Assembly (NCBI RefSeq): GCF_009914755.1
Contig: NC_060926.1
Source of the DNA: the human T2T-CHM13v2.0 reference genome, Homo sapiens
Direction: 5' to 3' (one strand)
DNA: 64,000 nucleotides
Shown: in pieces, positions 18,938 through 34,079 of the stretch
Layout of the letters: each line of letters opens with the position of its first letter
How positions within the stretch are numbered: the first letter of the stretch is position 1
Notes under the pieces: generated by a model
The model's database searches: none
What the model was told of the DNA's origin: nothing
What the model saw: only the letters and a program-made list of their open reading frames with translations
Translations under genes and position numbers: made by a program

Positions 18938-20849
18938 CTGCAAAAGATAAAAATAAACAGTAATTTAACAATGACTTTTTTGGTATTTAATATTTTATTA
19001 ATTGGTTCCTTCTTAAAAATATCATATTCCTAGGTTTAATCATTAAAAATTGTGTTCTATATAATTAAATGTTAAAGAACACAAGATATTCTAATTTTAA
19101 AAATAATTCATATAATTAAATTCAATAGGAACACAACAAAATACATAACTTCACTGTGAAGTAGAAGAAAGTTGCAATAACTGGGATATGAAGGATAGTT
19201 TAAACTGGTTTTTGCTTTTAAACTGTAATAATTTAAACAGGAAAAGAGGGAGGGCTCAATGCTTCTAGGATCCACTGCTCTGAAAAGAAAAAATTGCAGC
19301 CTCTCTGAAAAGAAAGTGGCCCTCATTTCAGGCAGCCATGGATTGAAGGAGTCTCACATCTAATCAAGAACCAGTATATCAAACTCTTTTGAGCCTGTCT
19401 GGTTTTTTTTAAAGAACACAGGGATTACTGGAGTCAACAACTTTCAATACAATCCTTCTTTTGACTACAATGTTATAGATCTTTGTTATACACACGGTTT
19501 ACTCATCTAAGTATTTTCTCTGTCAGGTTAACAAAAATGAAAGAATAATATTAGCATTAACTTGTTCTTTAAAAAATCACATTTAATGTTTCCTTAAAGA
19601 CCAATGTAAAATACTGGTTAGTAAATAAAACACATTTCAAATCTATTTCCTTATATTTCTTCCACAAGCTAAAATTCATCTGAGTTATAATGTACTCCGT
19701 ACATGACATTGATAATAATTAGGCACAAAGTACGTATAACCACTGCTAGAGAACCAATGTGTTATTCTGCATAATTGAGCAATGTAATGTTTTAAATAAA
19801 ATGTTTAAAATATAGCATAATAGCACATAGTAAACATGATCTGATCTCTTTAGCTTCCTAGTCAATGCTTTCAACATTATTTTACATTTTAAAATTGCAG
19901 CTGTAATCAGGATGCAGATGCATGCGGTGTGAGATAGCACTGAATAAGTAGTAGTTGCAAGGGCACAAGCTCTGGAATTCACCTTGCCATTGAGCCACCA
20001 GACCAATTTTCCTTAGTTTCTTCGTATTCGATTTGAAACAGAATTCGAGGCATAGAATACCATCTTTGATGTTTTGAGATTGAAAGGTTTTACACAGTAC
20101 AATAACTTTCCCATGAAATCTCTGCAGATAGCATTACCCATCTGGTCAATAGGATGAATTGTTAAGAAAACAGGAAAAATACTACCAGACACTGTTCTTG
20201 CTTTCTCAGGATAGTCCCTACAATAACCCAGCAGTGAAACAATAGTTTAAATCATTGGTTTAAGACAATAGAAAGGATCAGGAAAAAAGATATTACTCAC
20301 TATGCATTAGCTTCAATTTGGTTAGCAGAAGGAAATGCAAGTCTCTTTAAAAGTTTTATGATGATGAGTCTTCTAATCACCAAAATAACTTCTTGATTGC
20401 AATTTTCTATTAGTAGAACCGAACAGCTCCAAATCACCCAGACCATGAAACTCAGGACTGTCTCTGAACTCTTCCTATCCTTTATCTTCCCACATCCAAT
20501 CAGAAGTGAATTTCTGTAGACCCATCTATTGGTCACATATCCCTCCTGCCCTCACAACTGTCACTTAATGCTCACCCCAAGCTGAAACCCACCCTGACCC
20601 CTGGCTCTGTCACTGATTTTCAGGCAGGAGGAATTTCAACAGTCCTGGTCCAATACTCTGGACTTAGCATCAAGTCAGTCTCTACCTTTGTTCTCTGGTT
20701 CTCAAAACTAATCTTCTCTCTTCTTACCAAGTTTCCCACAGAAATTCCACTCGAAGTATCTACATTTCTTGGTTGTCCCATGAAATTTTCCCTTTCTTAG
20801 GAACATGTTTTGCTTTTGCCGTCCTCCTTTTTTTGTAACTTTCAAAGTA

Positions 20850-21370
20850 GCACACTATAGGCCAGTGTCCTGCACTTGCTTTTTTCACTGAATATCTTCT
20901 CCTGGAGACCTTTTCATATTAACACATCGAGATTTTTCTCACTCATATTTTATAACTACATAATATTCCATTGTGCATAGTATAACTTATTTAACTAGTC
21001 TATCAATGGATGCTGGCTTGTTTCCAGTCTCTTATAAACAAATGCCACCATAAATAGCATTATAACTATATCACCTCCTACATTCTCGGGTGCGTCTGTA
21101 CACTACTTATCCAAAAGTGAAATTGCTGGATTCAAGTGTTACCTGTAATTTGTAATTATGATAGGTATGGCTAGGATTCCCTCAAATGGGAGCCCATTTC
21201 TTCAAGCCTTACTAATAAAATGGGATATCAAATTTTGTAATTTGTGGGGAAAACAGTTTCTCAGTATAGTTTTAATTTCAATCTCTTTACATTTCTTGTA
21301 TTATGAGTTAGGTTAAGCATCTTTTTAACATGTTTAAAAATGATTTCATTTGTATCCTGTGTGCTGTACG
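20850..21370 (-). mobile_element. Ancient L1ME-like fragment
   Basis: atattccattgtg..., ttgtttccagtct, gaaattgctggattcaag: antisense L1 3' motifs. Confidence 0.6.
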
Positions 21371-23029
21371 GTAAATCAATTATAGTGTTCTTATCTAGTA
21401 ATTTTTTTCCTAGATTCATCTTCATCAAATAATAAATTTTTAAAAGCCATTTCATCTTTAAAATGAGCTTAACTTTCTCAGACATCTGCTTTTACATTCA
21501 ACTATGATGATTTATATTACACTGTAATTTCTACATTCTCTTGTGATCTTCATATACGCATTATTTTACAAGCAAAAATATGTGTTGTGTAGGGTATGAC
21601 TGCATTACAAAGGCTATCTATGACATTAAGTGGGTTCTGTAAGTGTAAATACCAATAACATGAATTTCAACATCTTTTCTAGAGAGCATCTTATCAGGTT
21701 TCCAAACTCATGCATTTTAGAGTCACTCAGACACGTTTTTGCATTAACATTCCCCAACCCACTGCCACACATAGAGATGTCGTATATTTTCAAGGTCTGC
21801 TGAGATTCAGGGTAAATGACTGCCACTAGAAGCATGCCCTTTGTATTCAATGCTGGCTACTACTCAGAGGGGTAGCCCTTGTTGACTGTCCCCCCACTCT
21901 TAATACTCACATAGAGAATAAAAACAACCTAGGCTTTCAAAGGCAACATAGGAGCTTGTGGAGCTCTTCTTTCACCCACAGACTGCAAGGCTTCTTTCCC
22001 ATGTGTCTTTACCATGGATGCCTTGAAGTTTGCTTCAGTTGCTGCTAACATCTCTGCCACCACAACTACGGAGCCTAATTTTGGACACATACACTTTCTA
22101 TTGTTTTTTAAATTTCAGCTTTGTTACTTTTTCTTCCCCCTTTTCATTTTCTTATCTCTTGCCTCCTGAAATCGTCTAACAGACCAAGTCTAGCATTTTA
22201 TGGACAGTAGTAGGTCATGGAGTCCCATCCTTCAGTGTCCAGCTCAGTGTGTTCTGAAAGTGGATATAAAAAAAAACGATAACTTGTGGTGTTGTTTTGA
22301 AAATGAAATGTACTAATTTACACAAACATAATTTGTGAAAGTAATATACTATATTGTATGACCTCATGACTGCATGCAAAATTAGATCATGGGCCTTGTC
22401 AGCTGAGAAGAGGTATTTTAACTCCAATATTCAAAAGAAAAGAAATGACAAAAACATGGGGCAATGAAGTAGCCTCTTCCTACTTAGTACAAGTCAAATT
22501 AAGCAGACAAAGAAATCCATACTGTACAATGGAAAGGTGGAAGAATGCATTTCCTGGAAGTATGTATTCTGAAAGCTAAAGCCAGTTTTAAGGATCCTAG
22601 CCCATTCTCTGAAGTCAGCAGAGGCCCCTGAAGTATGTAGAAGGTCAGAATATGTGTTAGAAACCCTGTATAATCTCATTACATTCTGCAGACCTGGGTT
22701 CATTCAGCAAAGTAAGCCGAGTCTGTAAGTTCAGAGAGTTCCACAGTGTGCAAATGAAAAGAGGGGAGGAAAAAATAAACTTGAATAATTTACCCACATG
22801 GAGAAGGCAAAGCTTCCTAGAAAGGCATTGGAGTGAAACTTCATGCCCAAGTATCCCTCCCAAAAGGGAATCACTCAAAATTTATAAAGAAATTCTGCTG
22901 TAAAGAAGAAATGAGAGGGAATTCTGTAAACCGAAAATCTATATAAAAATTACGAACTCTTACTGAAATATATACACGAGATTGAATATTGAAATATATG
23001 TAGGATATGAGCGAGAGTGCTTTTTTATT

Positions 23030-23343
23030 ATTTTATTTAATTTTAATTTTATTTTGAGCTGGAGTCTTGCTCTGTCACCCAAGCTGGAGTGCACTGGCAT
23101 GATCTCAGCTATCTCAGCTCACTGCAACCTCTGCCTTTTGGTTCAAGTTATTTTCCGGCCTCAGCCTCCCAAGTAGCTGGGATTACAGGCGCCCACCACC
23201 ACACCCAGCTAATTTTTGTATTTTTAGTAAAGACGAGGTTTCACCATCTTCGGCAGGCTGGTCTTGAACTCCTGACCTTGTGATCCACCCACCTCGGCTT
23301 CCCAAAGTGCTGGAAGTACGGGCGTGAGCCACAACACTTGGCC
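23030..23343 (-). mobile_element. AluS
   Basis: Full Alu; degenerate TSD agtgctt; small internal duplication atctcagct x2. Confidence 0.9.
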
Positions 23344-23499
23344 CCAAAGTGCTTCTTAATTTAATTACACATGTCTATTTTCTGAGATTAATATAAAAAC
23401 TTAATAAATTCCAATCAGAACACGGACAATTTTTCTCTTTCCATCTTTCTTTTGAATTAAATAAAATAGGCTTAAACTTAAGAAGGAAAAGTGAATGTT

Positions 23500-24558
23500 T
23501 AAAAAATAGCCAAGAAGAGCATAAAAAATAGAGTTGGGATTCCTCTCACCAAATATAAGCACATGCCATAGAGTCACCCTAATCAAATTAATCTGTACTT
23601 GTACGGAAAGAGATTCAAATATTACAAGAAAAAAATAGAGAATCCAGAAAGACATTCTGATTACTATAAATTCTGTAGATTTCTATAGATTGAAGAGTTA
23701 ATCCATGACAAAGGTGATCGCTCCATTAAGGGGGAAAAGGTAAGATTGTTTAAGAAATGATGCTGGCACAATTGGCTATCTGGAAGAAAATAAAAATGAA
23801 TTTCATTCTACATCATTGGTAAAAATAACCTTCAGGTGGTCAAAAAACTAAAATGTTAAAAAAATAAAAAAATTTTACTAGTTAGCCAGGAAGATCTCAC
23901 ATACAATTTACTAAATAAGGAGACCTTCTTAACCAAGACTAGGAGAATTCAGAAGAAAACAGAGACATATTTAACAGTATAAAAATTTTTAATTTCAGAG
24001 TATCGAAGGAAACTATAAACTCAGTCAATGGACAAATTATAAACCTAAGTTTTAGCAGTTGTTTGATTTGTTTCAGGTACTAGACACAGAACTGAAACCT
24101 CTGTTATTCTAAGAGGTTATCAAATTGATAAGAAAAGATGAAGAACCAACAAAACACTGACAAAGATATAAGTAGAGAATTCATAATCAAATTCAAATAA
24201 CTAACAAACACATGAAAAGATGTTCAGATTCCCTAGTAGTCTAGCAAAGGCAAATCGAAGTAATGATGATATAGCATTTTACATTGATTGACAAATAGTA
24301 TAATACACATAGTTAGAATTTTAGGGAAAGAAGTTCTCATTTACTGTTGGTAAAAACGTAAAGTATCAAACATTTCTGGAAAAAAAATCCAGCAAAATAT
24401 ACTAAAATAAAAACATAAATATGCTATGATCTAGTTATCCCACTTTTGTGAATCTATCCCATGTAAACAAAGGGACCAGTGAATAATAACATATTTACAA
24501 GGTTATTTCCTGATGCATTATTCATAGTATCAGAAACTGAAATAAAATAAATGTCCTT
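23500..24558 (+). mobile_element. Ancient L1ME ORF2/3' fragment
   Basis: Degenerate L1 motifs (aaatgatgctggcacaattgg; acatgaaaagatgttcag). Confidence 0.6.
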
Positions 24559-24559
24559 G

Positions 24560-25010
24560 GAATTCAAAGTAATTCCAGATAACACAGAGAAGGAATTCAG
24601 AATTCCATAAGATAAATTTAACAAAGAGATCGAAATAATTAAAACAAATAAAGCAGAAATTCTAGAGTTGAAAAACACAATTGACGTGCTGAAGAATGCA
24701 TCAGAGTCCATTAATAGCAGAATTGGGTTAATGGGTACAAGAAAATATATAGTTAGACAGAATGAATGAGACCTAGTATTTGATAGCACAACCGGAGGAC
24801 TACAGTCAATAATACTTTAATTGTACATTTTAAAATAACTAAAGGAGTATAACTGGATTGTTTGTAACACAAAGGAAAAATGCTTGAGGGGATGGACACC
24901 AAACTTTCCATGGTGTGATTATTAATCATTGCATGCCTCTACCAAAATATCTCATGTACCCCATAAATATATGCATCTACTATGTACTCAAAAAATTAAA
25001 AAATTTAAAA
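24560..25010 (+). mobile_element. Chimeric L1MA piece: ORF1 segment joined directly to the 3' UTR end
   Basis: 24560-24726 is L1 ORF1-like (acacagagaaggaattcagaatt...aatagcagaattg); 24727-25000 is an L1MA 3' end with A-rich tail. Confidence 0.72.
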
Positions 25011-25200
25011 TTTTAGAAAAGCAGTGTTCACTTTTTGCTCTATATACTTCTTTGTTGTTTATTTAAAACCATGTTTGAATACTTACATTAAAATGGTAAT
25101 GTTTTACTTTGCAGTTAAAATAGTAAAAGAAATAATTAAGATATAGTAAAACAACTTCCCTCTATATTTTAAAAACCTCTATAAGGCCACATATACTCAC

Positions 25201-25326
25201 TTAAAATTAGTGTGCCACAAATCTAGTACAGCCAGCATTGTGGGGTTCATTGCATTCAAGTGATCCCTAATATAACTGCTTGCAGCTAAAAAAGATTTCC
25301 TCCAAGGTTTTGGCAGAATTTCCATT
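25201..25326 (-). CDS. DNAH7: DNAH7 coding exon 9 (126 nt; MEILPKPWRK...LWHTNFK)
   Basis: Acceptor ttttcag|A, donor AA|gtgagt, phase 2-2. Confidence 0.95.
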
Positions 25327-25859
25327 CTGAAAACAAAGAAAATATTTAGTTACAGTCTCAAAAAAAGTATTTTTATAGTAACTGTACATTTTGGGTAATA
25401 ATTATTTAATTTTAATAAAATATGTGCTGTATCCCTCATCATAATAACAAAACAAGCAATTATGTTTTAAAATATATAAAGATCATATGTTTTATGGTTT
25501 AGTATAATTTCATTATAAAAATGACTCTGAAATTAGATTTAAATCTTTAAAACAAAAGGTAACTAATTTTTATCTCCAAATACTTGATCTTATTGAATCC
25601 ACAAATAATTTACAATGAACAAATGAAAACAGCAGCCAGCTATCTCTCATAAACATCTTCAAAGATTCTCTACTAATTTCAGGACATACATTTAAATTTT
25701 CCCTTTATTTTTAAAATTCCTCTTTTATTTTTATTTTTAAAACATTTTAAGGATATAGTCCAACCTTCCCATAGAAATCCCCTTGAACTTTACCCCGTTA
25801 ATATGTAAACATCATTTATAAATCACAAACACTAACGTTTTTATTTGAAGACACATTTA

Positions 25860-26372
25860 CAGTTAACCCTTGAATAACACAGGTTTGAACTGTGCACATC
25901 AACTTACATGTGGATTTTCTTCCACTTCTACCACCCACTCCCCGCACAGCAAGACCAATCTCCCTCTCCCTCCCCCTCCTCCTCCCCCTTCTTCTTTCCC
26001 TCCTCCTTCACCTCCTCTTCCTCCTGCTCCTCTATCACTACCACCACCATGTAAAGATTACAAGGATGAAGACCTTTACGATGATCCACTTCTACTTTAT
26101 GAATAGTAAATATATTTTCTCTTTCTTATGATTTTGTTAATAAAATTTTCTTTTCTCTAGCTTATTGTAAGAATTCAGTATATAATACATATAACACATA
26201 AAATATGTTTTAATTGGCTGTTTATGTTATCAGTAAGGTTTCCAGTGAACAGTAGGGTATTAATAGTTAAGCTTTGTTATATATAAGTTAAGCTTATATA
26301 TTTAACCACGTATAAAAATTATATGTGGTATAGGAGCTCAGTGGCCCTTACCCCCGTGTTAAAGATCAACTG
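25860..26372. mobile_element. Tigger2-family non-autonomous DNA transposon
   Basis: TIRs cagttaacccttgaa / ttaaagatcaactg with TA flanks; internal CCT-rich expansion at ~25960-26050. Confidence 0.82.
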
Positions 26373-26630
26373 TATTCTGTAACTCTTATGACTTTAATAA
26401 TCATCTTTTATATATTGAAATGTGCCATCTTCATCTTTCAGAATATATTTAAACATTTACATTTTCTGTGTATATAGTAAGTTTAATTCAATTTTTCATA
26501 TGTGGCTGTATCACCTTTGCAATTATGAAGGATGATTTTTGTCTTTCCCAGGAGAAAAGTTGTTCTCCCTAGAGGATATGGAAAATGGGTACATAACTTT
26601 TTTTGTGTGTGTGTGTGGAATGGGGAATAA

Positions 26631-26943
<313 letters not shown>

Positions 26944-27556
26944 TTTGGGGCATTTTAAAATGATATAAAAGAAAATAAAACTGAAGTGGTTATTTAATCA
27001 TATAAGTTCCATCCTTCAAACTATTTAAGAGATTTATTCCTAAATGTTATTATTAGAGAAAATATACAGCAAGGAGATTTTCCCATTATGTGTTCTATAT
27101 TTCCATCCATGTAATAAATTGAAATACATTCTATAAATATATATATTCTGTAATGTTCCCAATGTTCCCAAAATCAAGCTTTTATGCCCCTACCATATCT
27201 GAAGTCTGTGCTAGTTGCTATGGGGATTAAAAAACCTATATCATATTCTTTCCACCAAGTACTTATGTTTTAACCAACTTAGTGTCCACCTGTCTATGTC
27301 TAGTCATCTACCTATCGATCCATCAACTCATAAATGTAACGTTAGGCTTAAATACATAAATAAACAAAGCACATAAGAACAATTAGTTGTATAGAGGCTT
27401 GCAATGGAGATATTGCAAGTTTGGTTCAAGACCACCCCCATAAGGCAAATATTGCAATTAAGCACGTCACACAAATTTTTGGTTTCCTAGTGCATATAAA
27501 ACTTATGTTTATGCTATACTGTAGTCTATTAAGCAGGCAATGGCATTATATCTTTA

Positions 27557-27866
<310 letters not shown>

Positions 27867-27876
27867 GAAAAAAGGA

Positions 27877-28212
<336 letters not shown>

Positions 28213-28904
28213 CTAACAATCATCTGGGCCTTTTGCGAGTCATAATCTTTTTGCTGGTGGAAGGTCTTAATGGCTTCTAACTAACCAAGCTGTGGCAATT
28301 TTTAAAAATAAGACAGCAATGACATCTGCCACATCCTCAATTGACTCTTCTTTTCATGAAAGATTTCTCTGCAGCATTCAATGCTATTCGATAGCACTGT
28401 ACCCAACTAGAACTTCTTTCAAAATTGGAATCAATCCTCTTGAACTCTGATGCTGCCTTATCAACTAAGCTTATGTAATATTCTAAATCCTTTGTTGTCA
28501 TTTCAGTGTTCACAGCATCTTCACCAGGAGTAGAATCCATCTTAAGAAACCACTGTTTTTGCTCATCCATAAGAAGCAACTCCTCATCTGTTCAAGTTTT
28601 ATCATGAGATGGGAGAAATTCAGTCACATCTTCAGGCTCCACTTCTAATTCTTGTTCTCTGGCTTCCAACACATCTTTCCAACACATCTGCAGTGACTTC
28701 CTCCACTGAAGTCTTGAGCCACTCAAAGTCATCCGTAAGGGTTGAACTTCTTCCAAACTTCTGCTCATGTTGATATTTTTACCACCTTGTATGAATCACA
28801 AATTTTCTTAACGGCACCTACAACAGTGAATCTCTTCCAGAAAGTTTTCAATTCACTTTGCCAAGATCCCTCAGAGAAATCACTATAGTAGATATAGCCT
28901 TTCA

Positions 28905-29490
28905 AAAATTTGTTCTGTAATTTCAACTTTTATTTTAGATTCAGGGGGTTTAGGTGCAGGTATATTTGTTACATGGGTATATTGTGTGATGCTGAGGTTT
29001 GGGGAACAGTTGATCCCAACACCCAGGTGCCAGCACAGTCCCTGATATAGTTTGTATATCCCCTCCAAATCTCAGGTTGAAATGTAATCCCCAGTGCTGG
29101 AGGTGGGGCCTGTTGGGAGGTAACTGGATCATGGGGACAGGTTTCACATGAATGGTTTAGCATCATCCTCTTGGCACTATCCTCGCAATGGTAAGTTCTC
29201 ATGAGATCTGGATGTTTAAAAGTGTGTGGCATCTTCCCTCTCACTCTTCATCCTGCTCTCTCCATGTGAGATGCCTGCTCCCATTTTGCCTTCTGCCATG
29301 ATTGTAAGCTTCCCAAGGCCTCCCCAGATGTCAAGCAGGTGCCAGCAACATACTTCCTATAAAACCTGAGCAACTGTGAGCCAACTAAACCTCTTTTCTT
29401 TATAAATCACCCAGTCTCTGGTATTTCTTTAAGGCAACATAAGAACTGCTTAACACAGAACCCAATAGTTAATTTTTCAACCCTTGCTCC
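28905..29490 (-). mobile_element. Short L1PA 3' end split by an MST LTR
   Basis: ttcaacttttattttagattcagggg...gcacagt, resuming as cccaatagttaatttttcaaccct. Confidence 0.8.
29043..29457 (+). mobile_element. MST (ERVL-MaLR) solo LTR
   Basis: tgatatagtttgtatatccc...taacaca termini. Confidence 0.87.
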
Positions 29491-30460
29491 GTTATGGAGA
29501 TTGCTTCTTTTCTTAAACCTCATGAAGCAACCTCTGCTACCTTCAAACATTTCTTCTGCAGCTTCCTTACCTTTCTCAGCCTTTACGGAACTGAAGAGAG
29601 TTAGGGCTTTGCTCTGGATTAGGCTCTGGCTTAAGGAAATGTCATGGCTGGTTTGATCTTCTTCCAGACCACTTCCTCCATATCAGCAATAAGGCTGTTT
29701 CACTTTCTTGTTGGTCATGTGTTCAATGGAATAGCACTTTTAATTTCCTTTGCATTCACAACCTGGCTAACTGGTACTAGAGGCCTAGCTGTGGCCTATC
29801 TTGGCTTTCAACATGTCTTCCTCACTAAGCTTAATTATTTCTAGCTTTTGATTTAAAGTGAGAAATGTGCAACTCAAGAGGCCACTGTAGGTTACTTGGC
29901 CTAATTTCAATACTGTTCTGTCTCAGGGAATTAGGGAGGCCTTAGGAAAGGAGGAGAAATGGGGGAGTGACTGGTTGGTGGAGGAGTCAGAACACACACA
30001 ACATTTATTGACATCGTTTGCCATTTTACATGGGTGCAGTTTGTGGCTTTCCAAGATAATTATAATAGTAACATCAAAGATTACTGATCACAGCTCACCA
30101 TAACAGATGTAATAATAACAGAAAAAGCTTAAAATATTGTGAGAATTACCAAAACTGACACAGAGACACAAAGTGAGCACACACTGTTAGAAAAATGATG
30201 CCAACAGACTTGCTTGACAAAGACCTTCAGTTGCAAAAAACCCTCACAAACCTCCTACTGGCAAACAACACAGTATCTGTGAAGCACAATAAAGCAAAGT
30301 GCAATAAGATGAGGCATGCCTGTATATGAAATACATACATACACACATATACATTTATATATAAATTATAAACATACATTTGAGAAAATATAATTGGTGA
30401 TATAAACATATACAGAAATGGTCACATAATCAACATTCTTAGAGAAATCTGATCACTTAC

Positions 30461-30536
30461 TCAGCACGATGGGCTGGAAGTTCATCTGTCTTCTTATCAT
30501 CTCCTTTCTCTCGAGGATCTTTTAAAACAAAATCAA
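30461..30536 (-). CDS. DNAH7: DNAH7 coding exon 8 (76 nt; VDFVLKDPRE...PAHRAE)
   Basis: Acceptor cttttag|TT, donor GA|gtaagt, phase 1-2. Confidence 0.95.
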
Positions 30537-30909
30537 CTAAAAGAAAATTTTAAAATTCTGATAAATAACCTTATATTAACTGTAGTACATTTCCAAGCAA
30601 TTGCAAAGCTAGTTCTACTAAGATTAACTGTTTAAATTATATTAAAGTTGTTTAATAATGAGAAATTTGTGCATTTATGAGGAGAAGAAAATTTTTAAAA
30701 CCTTACAAGAAAATGTATCATGTCTGTGTCTTTGAGGATATATGTTCCCTTTCTTAACACAATGTGTCCCTCCTCTTTCATTTGAAAGGAATAATTGCTC
30801 TTAATATTATATTTTCCTTTATAGCTATTCCATCAAAAATATTCTTGTTGAATTGAAGGTCAACAATACAGGATAGCAGTAGTTCTATTTCACCGAGAAA
30901 AGGTACATA

Positions 30910-31241
30910 CACTTGGCCCTCTGTATCTGCAGGTTCTGCATCCATGGATTCAACCAACGATGAATCAAAAATATTCAGAAAAAATAATAAAAATAACAGA
31001 CAACAATAAAAATGATACAAATAAAAATATACAGTGTAACAACGATTTACATAGCATGTACATTGTATGAGGTAGTATAAGAAATCTGGAGATGATTTAA
31101 AGTATACGGGAGGATGTACATAGGTTATATGCAAATACTATGCCATTTTATATCAGAGACTTAAGCATCTGCAGATTTTGGTATCTGTCAGGGAGGGGAG
31201 TGTCCTGGAACCAATCTCCTGTGGATACCAAGGAACAACAG
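30910..31241. mobile_element. Tigger3/MER2-group non-autonomous DNA transposon
   Basis: TIR-like cacttggccctctgtatc / ggataccaaggaacaacag with TA flanks. Confidence 0.8.
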
Positions 31242-31429
31242 TATTGCCTTGTTCTCTTTTAAGTTGCATAAGAGCATAAAACAGTCTTGTTATAAAATCA
31301 GAGAAGTCAGCTACCTCGCTTCTGTCTTCTATGGTCTTTAATTCACATTTAATTCTAATTCTTCTGCCCATATTTCAAGAAGCTCTAATATGCAAATCAT
31401 ATGTATTACCCCCTTCCCTACAATCTTTC

Positions 31430-32530
31430 AGAGACTCTCCTTTACCTTTAAGCGCTCTAAAAAGGCATATAAAGCCCTTCAGATTCTGTCCCCTTCCCCA
31501 GATGCACCCTATGCTTTGGCTTCAGAACTGCTTACAAGCCCAGAAGAGCCTCTCATGGGCGTCTGCTATCATTCACACCATTTCCTAGGCCAAGCATGTT
31601 CCCGACTAGACTGTTTTTCATCCTTCAAGACTTAGTTTAGGCTCCTCCAGAGTCCTTCCTAACAAGTTAGAGATGACCTCTTCTCCCTTACAGTGTATCT
31701 TCTGTTTCTTTCCTCTTTGGACTTATTACTTTGCTTTATATTTAGTTAATTGTCTATCTCCCTCATTACACTATGAACTCTGAGGGCAGGGATTAGGCTT
31801 TTTATTTTTATATCACCAGGATACTCCATAGAAGTCATAAATACAATGAATGTCCTCCACCAATAAGGGTCCCCACATTACTCCAAAGCATTATTATTTC
31901 TCCAATTTTGAACACAGCATCCGTCATACTAGGTTTACTATCATAACCAACTGGAGACGCTTTTTTTAAAGTACAGATTCCAAGGCCCTGACTCCAGGGA
32001 TTTTAATTCAGGTGGGGCCAGAAGTCAGTATTTTTAAAACGGTTCTGGTAATCAGTCAGCCTTAGAATCTATTTGTCTGTACCATGGGTCAACAAATTAT
32101 TTATGTAAAGGGTTAGACTGTAACTATTTTCGACTTTGTGGGCCACAAGGACTCTGTCACAACTGCTCAGTTTTGCTCTTGTAGCTCAAAAGCAGCCAGA
32201 TTTGTAGATGACATGCAAATGAATTAGTGTGGCTATGTTCCAATAAAACTTTATGAAAACAGGCAGTGGCCAGATTTGCCTGTGAGCTATAGTTTGTCAA
32301 CCTTTGGTCTACTGCAACAATTTTGTATTAATCACATTCTAATTTATGACATCGGTAATACTAATGTTCATTGTTAATGCTTACACTTTTAGGTAATTAT
32401 TTAAATATGTATGTCTTGTCTCATGTCTACACCAAAAGATCCTGGAATGAAGAGACCATCTTAAAGGGAGAGACTATCTCCTAAATGCCTAATGCCTCGC
32501 ATAAATTAGACACTCAATAAATATCTTGAG
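31430..32530. mobile_element. Cluster of old L2, MER5-like (~31920-32070) and MER58-like (~32080-32312) relics
   Basis: tatgaactctgagggcaggga (L2); acagattccaaggccc (MER5); ggctatgttccaataaaactttat (MER58). Confidence 0.6.
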
Positions 32531-32791
32531 GGATTGAAATTAATGCTTTATAATTTTCTTCAGTGCTATCCTTTGTGGTGGGGATATATCCCTACAAATA
32601 GAAATAGAATTATTTTTTGTAATACTACATTAATGGAATTTGCCTAAGATCTTAAGTAATATAACAGCAATGTAAGAAATGGCATAATTATAATATTGTG
32701 ACTAGTTTCAAGTATAGGTATTATTAATACAAAAATAATCTTTAATGAGACACATATTTGAATTAAAAATCAAAGCATAATACCAATTTAC

Positions 32792-32972
32792 CTATGGATT
32801 TCCTTACACTAAGAAGATAATCCTCTCTCATTTCATCAGATAATGTAACTATGCTGTCAGTGAAGACTTTCAGATGTTGTGGAACTAAATCCAGTACGTG
32901 TTCTAGCCAAGAATCTTCCATTGGGGCTACATGGTCTGTATCAATTCCATGGTGAATATAATAGTAATATCT
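32792..32972 (-). CDS. DNAH7: DNAH7 coding exon 7 (181 nt; RYYYYIHHGI...LSVRKSI)
   Basis: Acceptor tttgtag|AGA, donor ATAG|gtaaat, phase 0-1. Confidence 0.96.
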
Positions 32973-33991
32973 CTACAAAAAGAAGATAGGAAAAATGTAG
33001 ATGTTTAACAAAAGAAGTATGTTTATCAAAAATAAAACTACCAAGCAAAATTCAAGTTTTAGGAGAACAAAGTATTTATAAAGCATAAAAAAGTATTTGG
33101 TACAATTCACATAGGTATTATTTGAGATCTCCTAAATGTTACAAATGTGTATTTTCATGAAAACTAAAACTCTTATCTCAGTTAATAACTATACTGTAAA
33201 ACATCAAGTTATATTACCAAATATATGATGTACTTAACAGAGTCCATGCTGAATTAGTGTTTTGTTAATTTTTAAAAATGATTTGTTAGTTTTTCTCTTT
33301 TTATTATTATCAGAAGTAGATCTTAAAAGCTGTAAGCAAATCAGTATCTCTATATATTAATTCCAGAAATATTATACAATAGGATTTAGGACATTTCCAA
33401 CTGGCCTATTAATATTCCATACTATAATTTTATAGCTGCTATTGTGTGTGTTCATAAAATATTCATTTTAAAACAAGTTATTATTTCTATAATAATGAAC
33501 ATTTAACTTCAATATACGTTCACAAATTTTTACATGTCACTTATTAGAAAAAATTTAAATGTCAAAATGCTTTTGAATTAGCAGTGTTGTCTTTGATATT
33601 TACATTTTAAAAAATTATTATGTATTTAAATACTTGAAGAATTACTATTCCTAAAGTACGTTAATATGCCTTGTAAAATATACATTATATAATTATTATA
33701 GGATAATTTCTCATAAAAAAATTAAGGCATGTAAAGCTATACATGACTGAAGCTGGCTTTAATATGGAGAGCAGGTAGATTTGAAATTTTTTTAAATTGT
33801 GGTCTTAGGTGGCAAGGGAGAGAATGATTTCTTCTACAAATCCCATGGTGCCTTTTTATAGAACTCTGTATTTATTCCTATGTCCACAGAGTTTCACAAA
33901 GGAGAAGCACAGAGTGGTCTCCAAAGTATAAAATTATCTTCAAGTGTTTCTTTCCTTTTCAATTATACAGACAAAACAAATGGCCAGTTAC

Positions 33992-34079
33992 CAAGATGTC
34001 TTTCTCTATAGCAGAAGCGGTCGGTTTTGGAATTGTGCTTCCATCAGGGACAGCTGAGTCTAAGTCAGCATCTTGTTGC
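33992..34079 (-). CDS. DNAH7: DNAH7 coding exon 6 (88 nt; QQDADLDSAV...IEKDIL)
   Basis: Acceptor ttcttag|G, donor TTG|gtaact, phase 2-0. Confidence 0.95.

Noticed and set aside
25870-26131. ORFs with DYKDEDLYDD and HYHHH, resembling FLAG/Xpress/His tags
   Set aside because: They lie in a Tigger2-family element whose normal sequence (gatgaagacctttatgatgatccact) gives this translation. No vector context.
28337-28579. TIGD1-like transposase ORF
   Set aside because: Short remnant of a decayed, interrupted Tigger1, not a domesticated gene.
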